From: Candidatus Nomurabacteria bacterium
GTDB lineage: Bacteria > Patescibacteriota > Minisyncoccia > Phycocordibacterales > UBA9973
Reading direction: 5' to 3'
NCBI GenBank assembly: GCA_023267375.1
Contig: JAHFNJ010000001.1
Location: 85,878 to 149,877 of the forward strand
DNA: 64,000 nt
Part shown: positions 1-9,475 of the stretch, in pieces
Numbering within the stretch: position 1 is the first letter of the stretch
Layout: every line of letters starts with the position of its first letter
Notes under the pieces: model-generated
The model's database searches: none
The model's input: only the letters and a program-made list of their open reading frames with translations
Told to the model about the DNA's origin: nothing
Translations under genes and position numbers: made by a program

Positions 1-18
1 AATGGATACCACACAAAA

Positions 19-3000
19 CTAGAGATTCTGCGCTTTTATTGAAGCTCGTGTCTTTGGACCGAAATAACCAGCAGCTGGAGTGATTCCATTTACTTTTTGC
101 CACTCAGCGAGTGCAGCTTGAGTCAGTTTACCAAAGAAATTTGTGACGCCATGCGCTTTGAGCGCCAGTGCCGCAGGACCTTTATTTTGATCGATTAAGA
201 ATTGCTGAAGAATGGAAACATCACTATCGGTCATGCCGAACTTCAAATCTTTAATCACTTTTTGAATTTCTGAAATCGTTGGAATAGCTTGGTCTGTTGT
301 TGGTGTATTATTGTGGGAATTATTCTCTGCGTCATCCTGAGTTGCAAAGAAATGCGCAGCAATTGTCGTTGATCCACCCAAGCTGCCACCTGAACGGTTC
401 TTGTGCGCAAGCCCTTCTTCATAGAGATCTGAAATATCATCCCCTGAAAGAACTCCGCCATAGACGCGCACGTCATCAATAAGGCCATCAAACCCCGCAC
501 CTCCATCCTGCGGATAACCGATCAGTGCGATACTGTTGTCATTGAGTCGCGCTCTGCTTGTCGTGCCTGATGTATCGAGAGCACCATCAACATACAAAGA
601 AGCAAGTCCACTACGAGCATTTCTAGTAACACAAGTAAGATGCCATTCGTTATCTGAAACTCCTGTCTCGCCGATCACCGTCTCATCACCATTACCCCCA
701 TCCCCATACATAAGGTACCCCTCAGCATCTACACCAAAACCAAAATCAGCGGCACTTCCACCCACTTCACTATCTAGTATCATCATACCCGTATAGTGAT
801 CGAATCCTACCCCAACAGCAGCGGTCTTTATCCATGCACAGATAGAGAAATTATCCTGTGCTGGTCGGTCTATTTGAATTTGAGTAATAGCGTTAAACGA
901 AAAAGCATTATCTATTTTCCCAGATACCCACTTTGCTGCGCCATCAACAGATCCATCATTTTCAGTGTCTGAAGAATCTTTCGCGGTTGTACCAGACTTC
1001 TCATCGAGTTTCCACCAGCCAATGAGTGATGGCGTGAAGTAATTTAATTCAGGAGTTTCATACGAAAGACCATTAATCATTGGATAGCCGTTATTACTAC
1101 TTAGACTAATTCCCCATATATCATCGGTACCAGCGTCATCATTTTGTGTGCCTGTAAAATCCCACGCAGAATCCAACCCCTCACTCTCTGTGTCGGTAAA
1201 TGTCGTGATGCTTTTCATTTGTGATGTAGTCTTTGGAGTTCCTGCGCCATAGCCATTATCAACTGCCTGTCCTGATGTTTGATTATCCCAAAAGACATTG
1301 TTTACGTCAGTACTACCACAACCATCGCAGTTGTACCCAATAAGTCCATTTATAGTTTGGGTATCACCCTCTCCTCCAGAAACCGCACCAGTCGAATAAC
1401 TCTTTTCAACTATTCCATAATTATAACCAACGAGTCCTCCTACTTCTCCAGCCGTACCGGTCACAGAACCGGTTGCAAATGAGTCATGGATCCAGCCAAC
1501 AGAACCATCATCGCCGTTGTTGCCGACAAGTCCGCCGATTCTCCAATTCGTTCCATAGACGTTTCCTGATGCATATGAATTTCTGATTTCCTTCTCATTG
1601 TAGCCAACAAGCCCGCCGGTGGACCAATCACCGTATACATCAGCACTTGAATATGAATTGATAATCGTACTGCCAGCAACGGTATCTACTCGAGGAGTTC
1701 CTTCAATTGCGCGTGTATTCCATGTACTCAAGTATGCAGTATTTTCTGGCGTCATAGGATAACCATTCGTTTCCACTGTGTAATCCGTCATCCCCTGATA
1801 TGGAAGTGGGGTAACCGTCTTCCCAAGCAACCCAATGCTTTCATTCGAAGCATGCTTGTAGTATGCGACATTATTTAAAACAAAACTTCGTTCCATCCCA
1901 TCTGCTGGAGCTACGTACGGAAATTCAATATCCATCTGATCTCCATAGTGCATAATGACGAATTGGTCATTTGTGGATTCAAGAAGTGGTGAAACATTGC
2001 CGTATTTGGTGAAATTACCATACTGACCTTTAAACATCCCGGCTGGTAGCGAGGAAACCTTACTGTAATCATGGTTAATATAAGGAATCTTGCTGATCTC
2101 CGTAAAACCAAGAAGGCCTAAGTTTGCTTTCGTTGGATGATAGGTACTTACCGTAACCGGAACCTGCGGAGCTGTATCGACTGCGAAATAATTCACATAC
2201 ATCGTATCGAATCCGACTTTTACGTGATAATCATTTGTTAAGAATTTACCTGTGAGGTCAATCGTGCGGAGTCGTGGAGTTCCATCAGACCCTAAATCAT
2301 TTTTATTATAAATTTCTACCCAAGCACCTTCAGCATTTTTTACCGCAATAGTACGAAGTGACTGATAGGTTCCGTCAGCTCGCTTCTTTGCACTCGCTTC
2401 ATAATCGCGAGCTGTGCGCATGACAAGCTGTATATTGTCTTTGTTCGACAAATCACCAAAATCAAGAACATAACTGTTCACAAAATTGTCACCAGTATAT
2501 GCCCACTTGTCATCATTATTTTTAAGATCATTGAGACAGTTGTTTCCGCTTGCGTCAGTGCATGAAAGCAGCGGATTAGTTGATGTGTCACTCACTGTCT
2601 TTACGTCAGCTGCTGTTGCATTTCTATTTAATGGTACAGCGATACTGTATCCAGGCGCATGGTCGTATGTGGAAAGCGACAACTCATCATAATAGACAAT
2701 TTCGTTGTACTCCTCGGAAATCTTCATCGAATACTTACCATTTTTAGGGACAAGATCACCCTTGTCTATAGTTGCGGCATCTGCAGGGCTCGTAACTTCT
2801 TTTGGCAGAAGATTCCCGACATCGGCAACATATTTGTAGATATCACCATTCCATGTGTACACTAAAGGGCTTGAATTGTACCAGCTATTACTGTTTATAT
2901 GTCGTCCGGCGATTCCACCAGTATGATCTTCCCCGCTGACAAATCCAGAAATATGCACATTTTCAACAGTACCACTCAAACTACCGACAAGAGCGCCTGT

Positions 3001-3558
3001 ACTATCGAAACCAGTGATATCAACATCAGTAAGCCCTAAGTCATGTACAGTTGCACCACTATCTATTGTTGCAAATAAACCAACAAAATCAGTATTGGGT
3101 CTATTTATATAGAGACTGGTTATGTTGTGACCATTTCCATCAAACGTTCCAGTAAAAGGATTGTCGGGGGCTCCATCTGAGCCAATGGGATTGAAACCAC
3201 TTCCATCTTCCCAAGAGCTCCCATCATTATCAGAATCATTTGGGTTTGTTGCAGAACAATCAACGTCAGCATTCATGACATAGTTTGCATCGATTGGATA
3301 GTCAACATCATTTCCAATTAACTGCAATTCTTCACATGTAGCAATGACTATGTCTGGTCCGCAGTAAAATTGCGGATCTTTAGCATCAAGCCCACATGCA
3401 GTACGACGCAAGTCAGTCGTTTGTTTTGAGGTGGTATCATCAGTTCGGATTGGCATGTCTTCCGCAACTGCGAATTTATTATTAAAAGAAAAAACTCCAA
3501 TAATTAAAAACAAAACAAAAAAACACGCCGAAGCGATTGATGCTAGGTTTTTTTTCAT
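19..3558 (-). CDS. Large secreted cell-surface protein with GLUG-motif repeats, a laminin-G/concanavalin-like domain and a C-terminal peptidoglycan-binding (PG_binding_1-like) domain
   Basis: The ORF 19..3576 opens with GTG, but the in-frame ATG at 3556-3558 gives MKKNLASIASACFFVLFLIIG, a typical signal peptide/TM start. Repeated GGLVG/GGLVGYN units are GLUG-like. The stretch from ICAWIK to LIDDVRVYGG looks like a LamG jelly-roll. The C-terminus KAHGVTNFFGKLTQAALAEWQKVNGITPAAGYFGPKTRASI resembles a peptidoglycan-binding domain. The stop codon is at 19-21. Confidence 0.8.
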   Translation of the reverse strand: MKKNLASIASACFFVLFLIIGVFSFNNKFAVAEDMPIRTDDTTSKQTTDLRRTACGLDAKDPQFYCGPDIVIATCEELQLIGNDVDYPIDANYVMNADVDCSATNPNDSDNDGSSWEDGSGFNPIGSDGAPDNPFTGTFDGNGHNITSLYINRPNTDFVGLFATIDSGATVHDLGLTDVDITGFDSTGALVGSLSGTVENVHISGFVSGEDHTGGIAGRHINSNSWYNSSPLVYTWNGDIYKYVADVGNLLPKEVTSPADAATIDKGDLVPKNGKYSMKISEEYNEIVYYDELSLSTYDHAPGYSIAVPLNRNATAADVKTVSDTSTNPLLSCTDASGNNCLNDLKNNDDKWAYTGDNFVNSYVLDFGDLSNKDNIQLVMRTARDYEASAKKRADGTYQSLRTIAVKNAEGAWVEIYNKNDLGSDGTPRLRTIDLTGKFLTNDYHVKVGFDTMYVNYFAVDTAPQVPVTVSTYHPTKANLGLLGFTEISKIPYINHDYSKVSSLPAGMFKGQYGNFTKYGNVSPLLESTNDQFVIMHYGDQMDIEFPYVAPADGMERSFVLNNVAYYKHASNESIGLLGKTVTPLPYQGMTDYTVETNGYPMTPENTAYLSTWNTRAIEGTPRVDTVAGSTIINSYSSADVYGDWSTGGLVGYNEKEIRNSYASGNVYGTNWRIGGLVGNNGDDGSVGWIHDSFATGSVTGTAGEVGGLVGYNYGIVEKSYSTGAVSGGEGDTQTINGLIGYNCDGCGSTDVNNVFWDNQTSGQAVDNGYGAGTPKTTSQMKSITTFTDTESEGLDSAWDFTGTQNDDAGTDDIWGISLSSNNGYPMINGLSYETPELNYFTPSLIGWWKLDEKSGTTAKDSSDTENDGSVDGAAKWVSGKIDNAFSFNAITQIQIDRPAQDNFSICAWIKTAAVGVGFDHYTGMMILDSEVGGSAADFGFGVDAEGYLMYGDGGNGDETVIGETGVSDNEWHLTCVTRNARSGLASLYVDGALDTSGTTSRARLNDNSIALIGYPQDGGAGFDGLIDDVRVYGGVLSGDDISDLYEEGLAHKNRSGGSLGGSTTIAAHFFATQDDAENNSHNNTPTTDQAIPTISEIQKVIKDLKFGMTDSDVSILQQFLIDQNKGPAALALKAHGVTNFFGKLTQAALAEWQKVNGITPAAGYFGPKTRASIKAQNL

Positions 3559-3627
3559 ACGCCTAAATAATACCACACGAGTATATTCTATCGAATATAG
3601 ATTATGGGGAAAACAAAAAGATACTCT

Positions 3628-3849
3628 CTAGAGTATCTTTTTGAGGTCATCTTGATATTTCATCATGACTTTCTGCATTGCCGTAGTCTGATCCATACCG
3701 CCCTTGATATGCTCCTGTGCTTCCGTCGCTATTTTTTGAAATAGTTCTGGATTCTCAGTCACAATTTTAATAATCCGATCCTGATCCGCTTGCGGCATTC
3801 CTTTCAGCTGCCGCTTTAACATTTGTTTCAATAAAAAATCTTTAAACAT
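3628..3849 (-). CDS. Small hypothetical protein (73 aa)
   Basis: ATG-initiated ORF in an otherwise empty gap. The protein is hydrophilic and Met/Gln/Lys-rich. No recognisable domain. Confidence 0.3.
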   Translation of the reverse strand: MFKDFLLKQMLKRQLKGMPQADQDRIIKIVTENPELFQKIATEAQEHIKGGMDQTTAMQKVMMKYQDDLKKIL

Positions 3850-4095
3850 ACCAAATTAATATGAACGTTAGTGAATAATTAATTTGAGTATCCCGTACGA
3901 AACAAACAACCTATCTCGTGAGAAAACTCAACAAAAAGCATAACTTTCTATTCCTGCCGCAAAACGCGGGGGCGAATAGCCCATCCCTTTCACGCGAAGC
4001 GTTTTGCTATCGCTTTACCACGTTTGTTTTCGTACTGGGATGCATCCAAGTATAGAGCATCAGGTATAAAGTATCAAGTTTGGTATACTCACCAT

Positions 4096-4686
4096 ATGGA
4101 GAAACAGGAAAAATTGAAAACACTACACGAGCGATGGTTTGCAAAGTGCACCTGCGAGCTGAAAAAGACTGCTACACAGGCAGTACCTGGCGACGGCAAC
4201 GCAAACTCCCCGATTGTCTTTATCGGTGAAGCTCCGGGGAAAAATGAAGACATCGAAGGTCGTCCATTCGTGGGTACTGCCGGAAAATTCCTTGCAGAAA
4301 TGCTGGAATCGATCGGAATGAAACGCGAAGACATCTACATCACCAACATCGTCAAGTATCGCCCGCCAAACAACCGCGACCCGCTCCCTGAAGAAATCAA
4401 GGCATGCGAGGAATGGCTCGCCGAAGAACTCGCGCTCATTAAACCCACACTCATCGTCTTTCTTGGACGCCACTCAATGAACCACTTTTTTCCGCTTGAA
4501 AAAATTTCTCAAGTGCACGGAAAAATCCTCATCCGTACCTGGCCCGGACTCGGACGACAGCATTTTCTTGCGCTCTACCACCCCGCTGCCGCTTTATATA
4601 ATGGCGGCATGAGAGAAACACTCATTGAAGATTTCAAAAAAATTCCAAAAATTCTAAAGAAAATTGAAAAGGATTCTGAGAAGTAA
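4096..4686 (+). CDS. udg: Uracil-DNA glycosylase, family 4
   Basis: Contains the GEAPG...ED motif (FIGEAPGKNEDIEGRPFVGTAGKFL), plus HPAA near the C-terminus. The likely start is the ATG at 4096 (MEKQEK); the ORF as given begins at a TTG further upstream (4024). Confidence 0.8.
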   Translation: MEKQEKLKTLHERWFAKCTCELKKTATQAVPGDGNANSPIVFIGEAPGKNEDIEGRPFVGTAGKFLAEMLESIGMKREDIYITNIVKYRPPNNRDPLPEEIKACEEWLAEELALIKPTLIVFLGRHSMNHFFPLEKISQVHGKILIRTWPGLGRQHFLALYHPAAALYNGGMRETLIEDFKKIPKILKKIEKDSEK

Positions 4687-4699
4687 AATAACCCTAGTG

Positions 4700-5968
4700 T
4701 TATTTTTTTACCGAGTGGTCAATCGCTTCAAGGCACGTAGGACATGATTCACAAATCTGCGTACCACCTCTCCAGGCATCCAAAGCAGTACCGAGTGGAA
4801 GTACTGACATAAAAAAAGACAGGTCTATAAACTCCCGAATAAAGTATGCAATCAAGCCTGAAAACTCAATACTCCCCATTTTAAAAATGGCCCAACCACG
4901 CCCCACTGGAATACAATATGCAACTTTCTTTGGAGTATACGCTGATACTTTTTTCCCCAACAAAGTATTCGCAATCGTTTGCGCGATATATCCTCCATCA
5001 TAGAGTGCCGTCTGTGCCATACCTGAGTATTGCGTGTTTGCTGCATCACCAACAATAAATATATTTGTAAGGCCTTTTGCTTCAAGTGTTTCAGTTACCG
5101 CAACACGGCCATTTTTCTCCATTTGAATACCAGGAATCGTAGCATAGAGATGATTTGGTTTTACACCAGAGGTCCAGATAACTGTTTTGGTTGGCATTGC
5201 TCCATCAGCATGGCCCGTAGGTAAATCCTTCATCAGAAGTGCTGTTTTATTTTCCGCGGTTACCGCCTCGTTGAGCATGACAGTTACACCAAGCAATTCT
5301 AATTGTTTTTTAATTTGTTCAGACATTTTTTCAGGCAAGAGTGGTACGAGTCGCGGAGCAGCTTCGATAAGCGTCACTCGCACTTTTTCGGCGCCAATTT
5401 CATGCCGGCGTGCTAGATCTTGTACATAGGACAAAAGCTCAGCAGAAAGTTCGACACCAGAGGCCCCACCACCCACAACCGCAATCTGAAAATTCGCCGC
5501 AAGTTCTTGTGCGGACAGGCGTGCGTGTTTATCAAAAAGTGCGTGCAAATGTTCTTTAAGAACCAACGCCTCATTGATTGATTTGAATCCGAATGAATTT
5601 TCTGCAAGTCCGGGAATATTGAAATACACCGTTTCACTGCCGAGCGCCAGCACAAGGTATTCGTAGTGATACGACGATCCGCTTTTTCCTACTACTTTTT
5701 TTTCTACTGGATCCACAGAGAGAACATCGTCAACCACGACCTCCACCCGCCTATCACGAAAGATATCAGTAAGTGGGATACAAACTTCAAGCGGCGACTT
5801 TCCTGTCACCACTCGATAGAGTGCTGGATAATATTCAAAATGGTGCTTATTAGAAATGAGGATAATGCGAGTGTTCGGCAGCCGTTTTGCGGCAATCTTT
5901 TTTGCTGTTTCTACTCCAGCAAAACCGCCGCCAACAATGAGTATGGTACGCTCCTTAGTAGGTGTCAT
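4700..5968 (-). CDS. ndh: Type II NADH dehydrogenase (NDH-2) / FAD-dependent pyridine nucleotide-disulfide oxidoreductase
   Basis: Two Rossmann dinucleotide motifs, ILIVGGGFAGVE and IAVVGGGASGVE, and an overall NDH-2 layout with a C-terminal membrane-anchoring region. Confidence 0.8.
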   Translation of the reverse strand: MTPTKERTILIVGGGFAGVETAKKIAAKRLPNTRIILISNKHHFEYYPALYRVVTGKSPLEVCIPLTDIFRDRRVEVVVDDVLSVDPVEKKVVGKSGSSYHYEYLVLALGSETVYFNIPGLAENSFGFKSINEALVLKEHLHALFDKHARLSAQELAANFQIAVVGGGASGVELSAELLSYVQDLARRHEIGAEKVRVTLIEAAPRLVPLLPEKMSEQIKKQLELLGVTVMLNEAVTAENKTALLMKDLPTGHADGAMPTKTVIWTSGVKPNHLYATIPGIQMEKNGRVAVTETLEAKGLTNIFIVGDAANTQYSGMAQTALYDGGYIAQTIANTLLGKKVSAYTPKKVAYCIPVGRGWAIFKMGSIEFSGLIAYFIREFIDLSFFMSVLPLGTALDAWRGGTQICESCPTCLEAIDHSVKK

Positions 5969-6061
5969 CTTGCCAAATAGTATACCAAAAAAGGTGTAAA
6001 AACCCTTATAACAGAGTATACTAGGGTATGTAAGACGCGCTCCCGAGAAGCGTCACTATAT

Positions 6062-6586
6062 ATGGAAAACGCCTCAAACCCTGACAACATAAAGAGAGCC
6101 TTTCTCGAGAGCTACGATTTGTATAGCGATGCTATTTTCCGCTATGCCTACATGAAGACATCCGATCGCAACAAGGCCATCGATATAGCTCAAGATACCT
6201 TTGCGAGGGCTTGGGAATACGCCGCCAAGGGTGAGCCGATCGTCAATATGCGAGCACTCCTCTACAGGATTGCCCACAACCTAATTGTCGATGGTTACCG
6301 GAAAAAGTCCGCGGTGTCTCTCGACCACCTCATGGAAGAAGGTTTCGATTATGGGACAAACAATACCGAACGAATGATGGACCAGCTTGATGGACACGAA
6401 ACAATGAAGTTGCTCGATAAATTGGACCAGAAATATAGGGATGTGGTGATATGGCGATATATCGATGAACTCTCAGTAAAAGAAATAGCGCAAATTACCG
6501 GCGAAACCGAAAACACAGTGTCAGTCCGCATTCATCGAGGACTTGAGAAAATACGAGAATTAGCAAAATTACAAAACAATGGATAA
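6062..6586 (+). CDS. ECF-type RNA polymerase sigma-70 factor
   Basis: Region 2 is recognisable (IAQDTFARAWEY...LYRIAHNLIVDGYRKK) and region 4 has a helix-turn-helix (LSVKEIAQITGETENTVSVRIHRGLEKIRE). Confidence 0.85.
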   Translation: MENASNPDNIKRAFLESYDLYSDAIFRYAYMKTSDRNKAIDIAQDTFARAWEYAAKGEPIVNMRALLYRIAHNLIVDGYRKKSAVSLDHLMEEGFDYGTNNTERMMDQLDGHETMKLLDKLDQKYRDVVIWRYIDELSVKEIAQITGETENTVSVRIHRGLEKIRELAKLQNNG

Positions 6587-7904
6587 AACCGAAGAACAAC
6601 TAAAGAAATTACAAAACATAAAAATGACAGGGGCAGAAAAAAGTGCCTTGCGTTTTCGTGTTGCGTCTTTCATAGAAGCCCATCCTCCACAAAAGATAAT
6701 GGAACCGCTGCAAACACCTCGCTATTCACCGTATGCACGACACTTCTTATTTGGATCACCACTGTCAAAAGGATTTGTGTTGGCAGCGATTGTTTTGCTT
6801 GTTGGCACGAGTGGCGTTGCTCTTGCTTCTCAAGATGCTTTACCAGGAGGAATCCTCTTCCCAGTAAAAATTCATCTTGAAAATATTCAAGGAAAACTAA
6901 CCTTCGGAACGGAAGCAAAAGTTGCTTTTCAATCAAGCCTCGTTGAAAAACGCATCACTGAAATCAATACACTGCAAAAAGAAGGACAGCTTAAAGATGG
7001 TGCTGCAGCAGAAGCCCAGATTGCCTTCACAAAAAACACCGATGATTTGAATGTATCACTTTCTGCTCTCTCAAAAGATGGCAAACACGAAGTACTCGTA
7101 GCAGCGGTGAACAAACTCCGCCCAACACTTGAAAAAGTAGACACCGAGACAGCAGCAATGGCGGAAATTGCTATCGCACCACCAACAGCAACAACCATGA
7201 GTCTCTCAAAAATGGCAGCAGATACAGCACCAGCAGAAAAACAGCCAGAGGATGACACTACAAAAACAAAGGATGATACAGAAAAAGATACACCAGACCA
7301 TGAAGGAAAATCGCTCGCTTTCACAATTCACACACAAAAGGAAAAGATTCTTGCACAGGCAGAAAAACAAGACGATACTACAAATGCTTTCGCTGTAGCT
7401 ACAGACGAGAATGCTACGCAAAATGCAGCTGGTCTCATGCGAGGAGCTGCATCTCTTAAAAAAACACAGAGCGTTGTGCTTCCGGAGAATACATCTAATG
7501 ACAATGCGACTCACAGCACCTTTGGTATCTTGAAAGGCACTCTTGCACCAGACGCCCCTTGTGCTGACGATGAAAAATCATGTGAAGATACAACAGTATA
7601 CATAACGCAAACGATTATTATTTCTGAAAAAGAAACAGGAAAAGAAGTGACACGTATTCATCCAGACAAAGATGGCAGCTACAAAGTAGAACTGCCTGCC
7701 GGAAATTATGTTGCCGCAATCATAAAAAACGAATCGACAATTGCTGTAGATGAACGAGAAGTATTAATCCAAAACGGAAATACAACCAAACTTGATTTTC
7801 CAATGAAAGAAGAATTGGAGGAAAGCGACTTACTCAATACACAGGAGATGAAAGAGTCTAAACCTCTTCAAGAAACAAATTCATTACTCGATTTTCTCCA
7901 CTAA
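6579..7904 (+). CDS. Membrane-anchored protein co-transcribed with the ECF sigma factor (putative anti-sigma factor)
   Basis: Overlaps the sigma factor gene by 8 nt. It has a single TM helix, GFVLAAIVLLVGTSGVALAS, after a ~60 aa cytoplasmic N-terminus, followed by a long low-complexity extracytoplasmic region. This is the usual sigma/anti-sigma gene layout. Confidence 0.55.
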   Translation: MDKTEEQLKKLQNIKMTGAEKSALRFRVASFIEAHPPQKIMEPLQTPRYSPYARHFLFGSPLSKGFVLAAIVLLVGTSGVALASQDALPGGILFPVKIHLENIQGKLTFGTEAKVAFQSSLVEKRITEINTLQKEGQLKDGAAAEAQIAFTKNTDDLNVSLSALSKDGKHEVLVAAVNKLRPTLEKVDTETAAMAEIAIAPPTATTMSLSKMAADTAPAEKQPEDDTTKTKDDTEKDTPDHEGKSLAFTIHTQKEKILAQAEKQDDTTNAFAVATDENATQNAAGLMRGAASLKKTQSVVLPENTSNDNATHSTFGILKGTLAPDAPCADDEKSCEDTTVYITQTIIISEKETGKEVTRIHPDKDGSYKVELPAGNYVAAIIKNESTIAVDEREVLIQNGNTTKLDFPMKEELEESDLLNTQEMKESKPLQETNSLLDFLH

Positions 7905-7921
7905 TTTTTTTTATTTTATAC

Positions 7922-7956
7922 AAAAGAGTGTGAGTCATTGTGCTCACACTCTTTTG
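7922..7956. terminator. Bidirectional rho-independent terminator hairpin
   Basis: AAAAGAGTGTGAGTCATTGTGCTCACACTCTTTTG: a perfect 13-bp stem flanked by A- and T-runs, lying between convergent genes. Confidence 0.7.
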
Positions 7957-7987
7957 CGTTGCAAGTAGAATGTATTAATACTTTCAC

Positions 7988-9448
7988 TTATTCTACTATC
8001 AAAAATTCATCTGCAAGTGATGTCTCCATGGATTTTTTTCTGCGCAACCATAAAGAGGTACCGATACCACCCGCAACCAGGGCGATCAACCCGCCGGTAA
8101 ACAGTAAGTCATTTGGTTTTGCGGGCGTAGTAGATTCTTTTTGCGGAACCACCACATCAGGAGTTGTAGGCATCGCTGCCGCGGCAAGAACAACATTTGT
8201 GACACTATCGCCAAGCACTTCTGGTTTTATTGGACTATCCGTTACCGCTACAGGCGCTTTTATTTTTGGTTTTGTAACGGCGACAGCTATTTTTGCTTGT
8301 TCTGGAAATACTGAGGCAATAGTGGTATCAGGATATAGTAGCGCGACAGCCTGCCCAGGTTTTATTTCAATACCTAGATTTCGTCCAGCCAGAGTAATTT
8401 TTTTATCTTTTAAAATAATCGAGTTTTTAGGAAACACAAAACTGCTTTGCCCTGAACCAATCGTCCAACCTGAAATATCCATGTCAATGCCTGAAGTATT
8501 TGAAAGTTCAATGCCACCTTTCGCATCATACGAAATATGCGAAATAACAACACGTGGAGTGATCACACTCACTGTCGTCCGCGCGACCGCATCAGGCAAA
8601 GATCCAACAAAAACAGTTTCGTAATATTCAAGCGTCACCACATAGTCACCTGAATATGCAAAAGTGTGCGTGAAGGTACCTGGATCTTTTATATCTTCCC
8701 TGCTTGTACCGTCACCAAAATTCCAAACCCAACGACCTTGATCTAAGGTCTCGCGCTTCGTTCCAGTGGTCATTTCTGAAAAAGTTGTAGGGATTCCCGT
8801 TACGGCTTTTTGACTCGTAATAATTTTTGTAACTATCGGGGACAGAATAGTTGGATGTACATCTTGGGTATTTGTATTCACTAAAGTACTGCCCGCAATA
8901 TGTAGGGTGTCATTATTGTTGTTGTCTGTGTTGCTTTCGCCTTGATTTGCAGCATCTGGAGTTGGCTCACCACTCACCCACGAACCATCGACAAACTGCA
9001 TTGTTTCTTTAGTTGTATTATCACCCGCCGGCCAACCACTAGCAAAATCAAGTGAATCAACCACTTTTCCCGAAGCATCTTTAAGCACCAGATCTTCTCC
9101 TATGTTAGAAAGCCCTCCATTACCGAAGCTGCCAGATTCATCAGTAATTGAAGGCAGTGCATCAGGCATGGATGCTGTTGTCCGTTCAACAACCAAATAT
9201 CCGCCAGCACTAATTGTTTTCGAGAATGTAAAGATAAGCTTACTGCCACCGGCCTTTGCGAGCGTCCAACCAGAAAGTGACACACCCGTCGTGCCATTGT
9301 TATACAGTTCTACCCATTCGCCATATTGCCCGTTTGCTCCAGAAACCCCCATCCATGCAACCTCATTAATCAAGACATCAGCCTTCGCAAGCGCAGGCGT
9401 AAATAAAAATAATGCGATAAGAAAAAATAAATATTTCTTCATACTCAT
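7988..9448 (-). CDS. Secreted, membrane-anchored protein with two lamin-tail domains (LTD) and a central Ig/PKD-like segment
   Basis: Signal peptide MSMKKYLFFLIALFLFTPALA. An LTD signature begins DVLINEVAWMG...GEWVELYN. A second LTD-like block runs VVISHISYDAKGGIELSN...ISGWTI. The C-terminus has a TM anchor, LFTGGLIALVAGGIGTSLWLRRKK. The gene lies 27 nt downstream of ATPase-1 on the same strand. Confidence 0.7.
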   Translation of the reverse strand: MSMKKYLFFLIALFLFTPALAKADVLINEVAWMGVSGANGQYGEWVELYNNGTTGVSLSGWTLAKAGGSKLIFTFSKTISAGGYLVVERTTASMPDALPSITDESGSFGNGGLSNIGEDLVLKDASGKVVDSLDFASGWPAGDNTTKETMQFVDGSWVSGEPTPDAANQGESNTDNNNNDTLHIAGSTLVNTNTQDVHPTILSPIVTKIITSQKAVTGIPTTFSEMTTGTKRETLDQGRWVWNFGDGTSREDIKDPGTFTHTFAYSGDYVVTLEYYETVFVGSLPDAVARTTVSVITPRVVISHISYDAKGGIELSNTSGIDMDISGWTIGSGQSSFVFPKNSIILKDKKITLAGRNLGIEIKPGQAVALLYPDTTIASVFPEQAKIAVAVTKPKIKAPVAVTDSPIKPEVLGDSVTNVVLAAAAMPTTPDVVVPQKESTTPAKPNDLLFTGGLIALVAGGIGTSLWLRRKKSMETSLADEFLIVE

Positions 9449-9475
9449 TTCGTAGTATTTTTATAAATAAATTAT

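Noticed and set aside
7938-8624. 228-aa ORF on the plus strand
   Set aside because: It lies entirely antisense to the well-supported LTD surface-protein gene (7988..9448). Its composition is low-complexity (Ser/Thr/Ala/Gly) and it has no start context. It is a shadow ORF.
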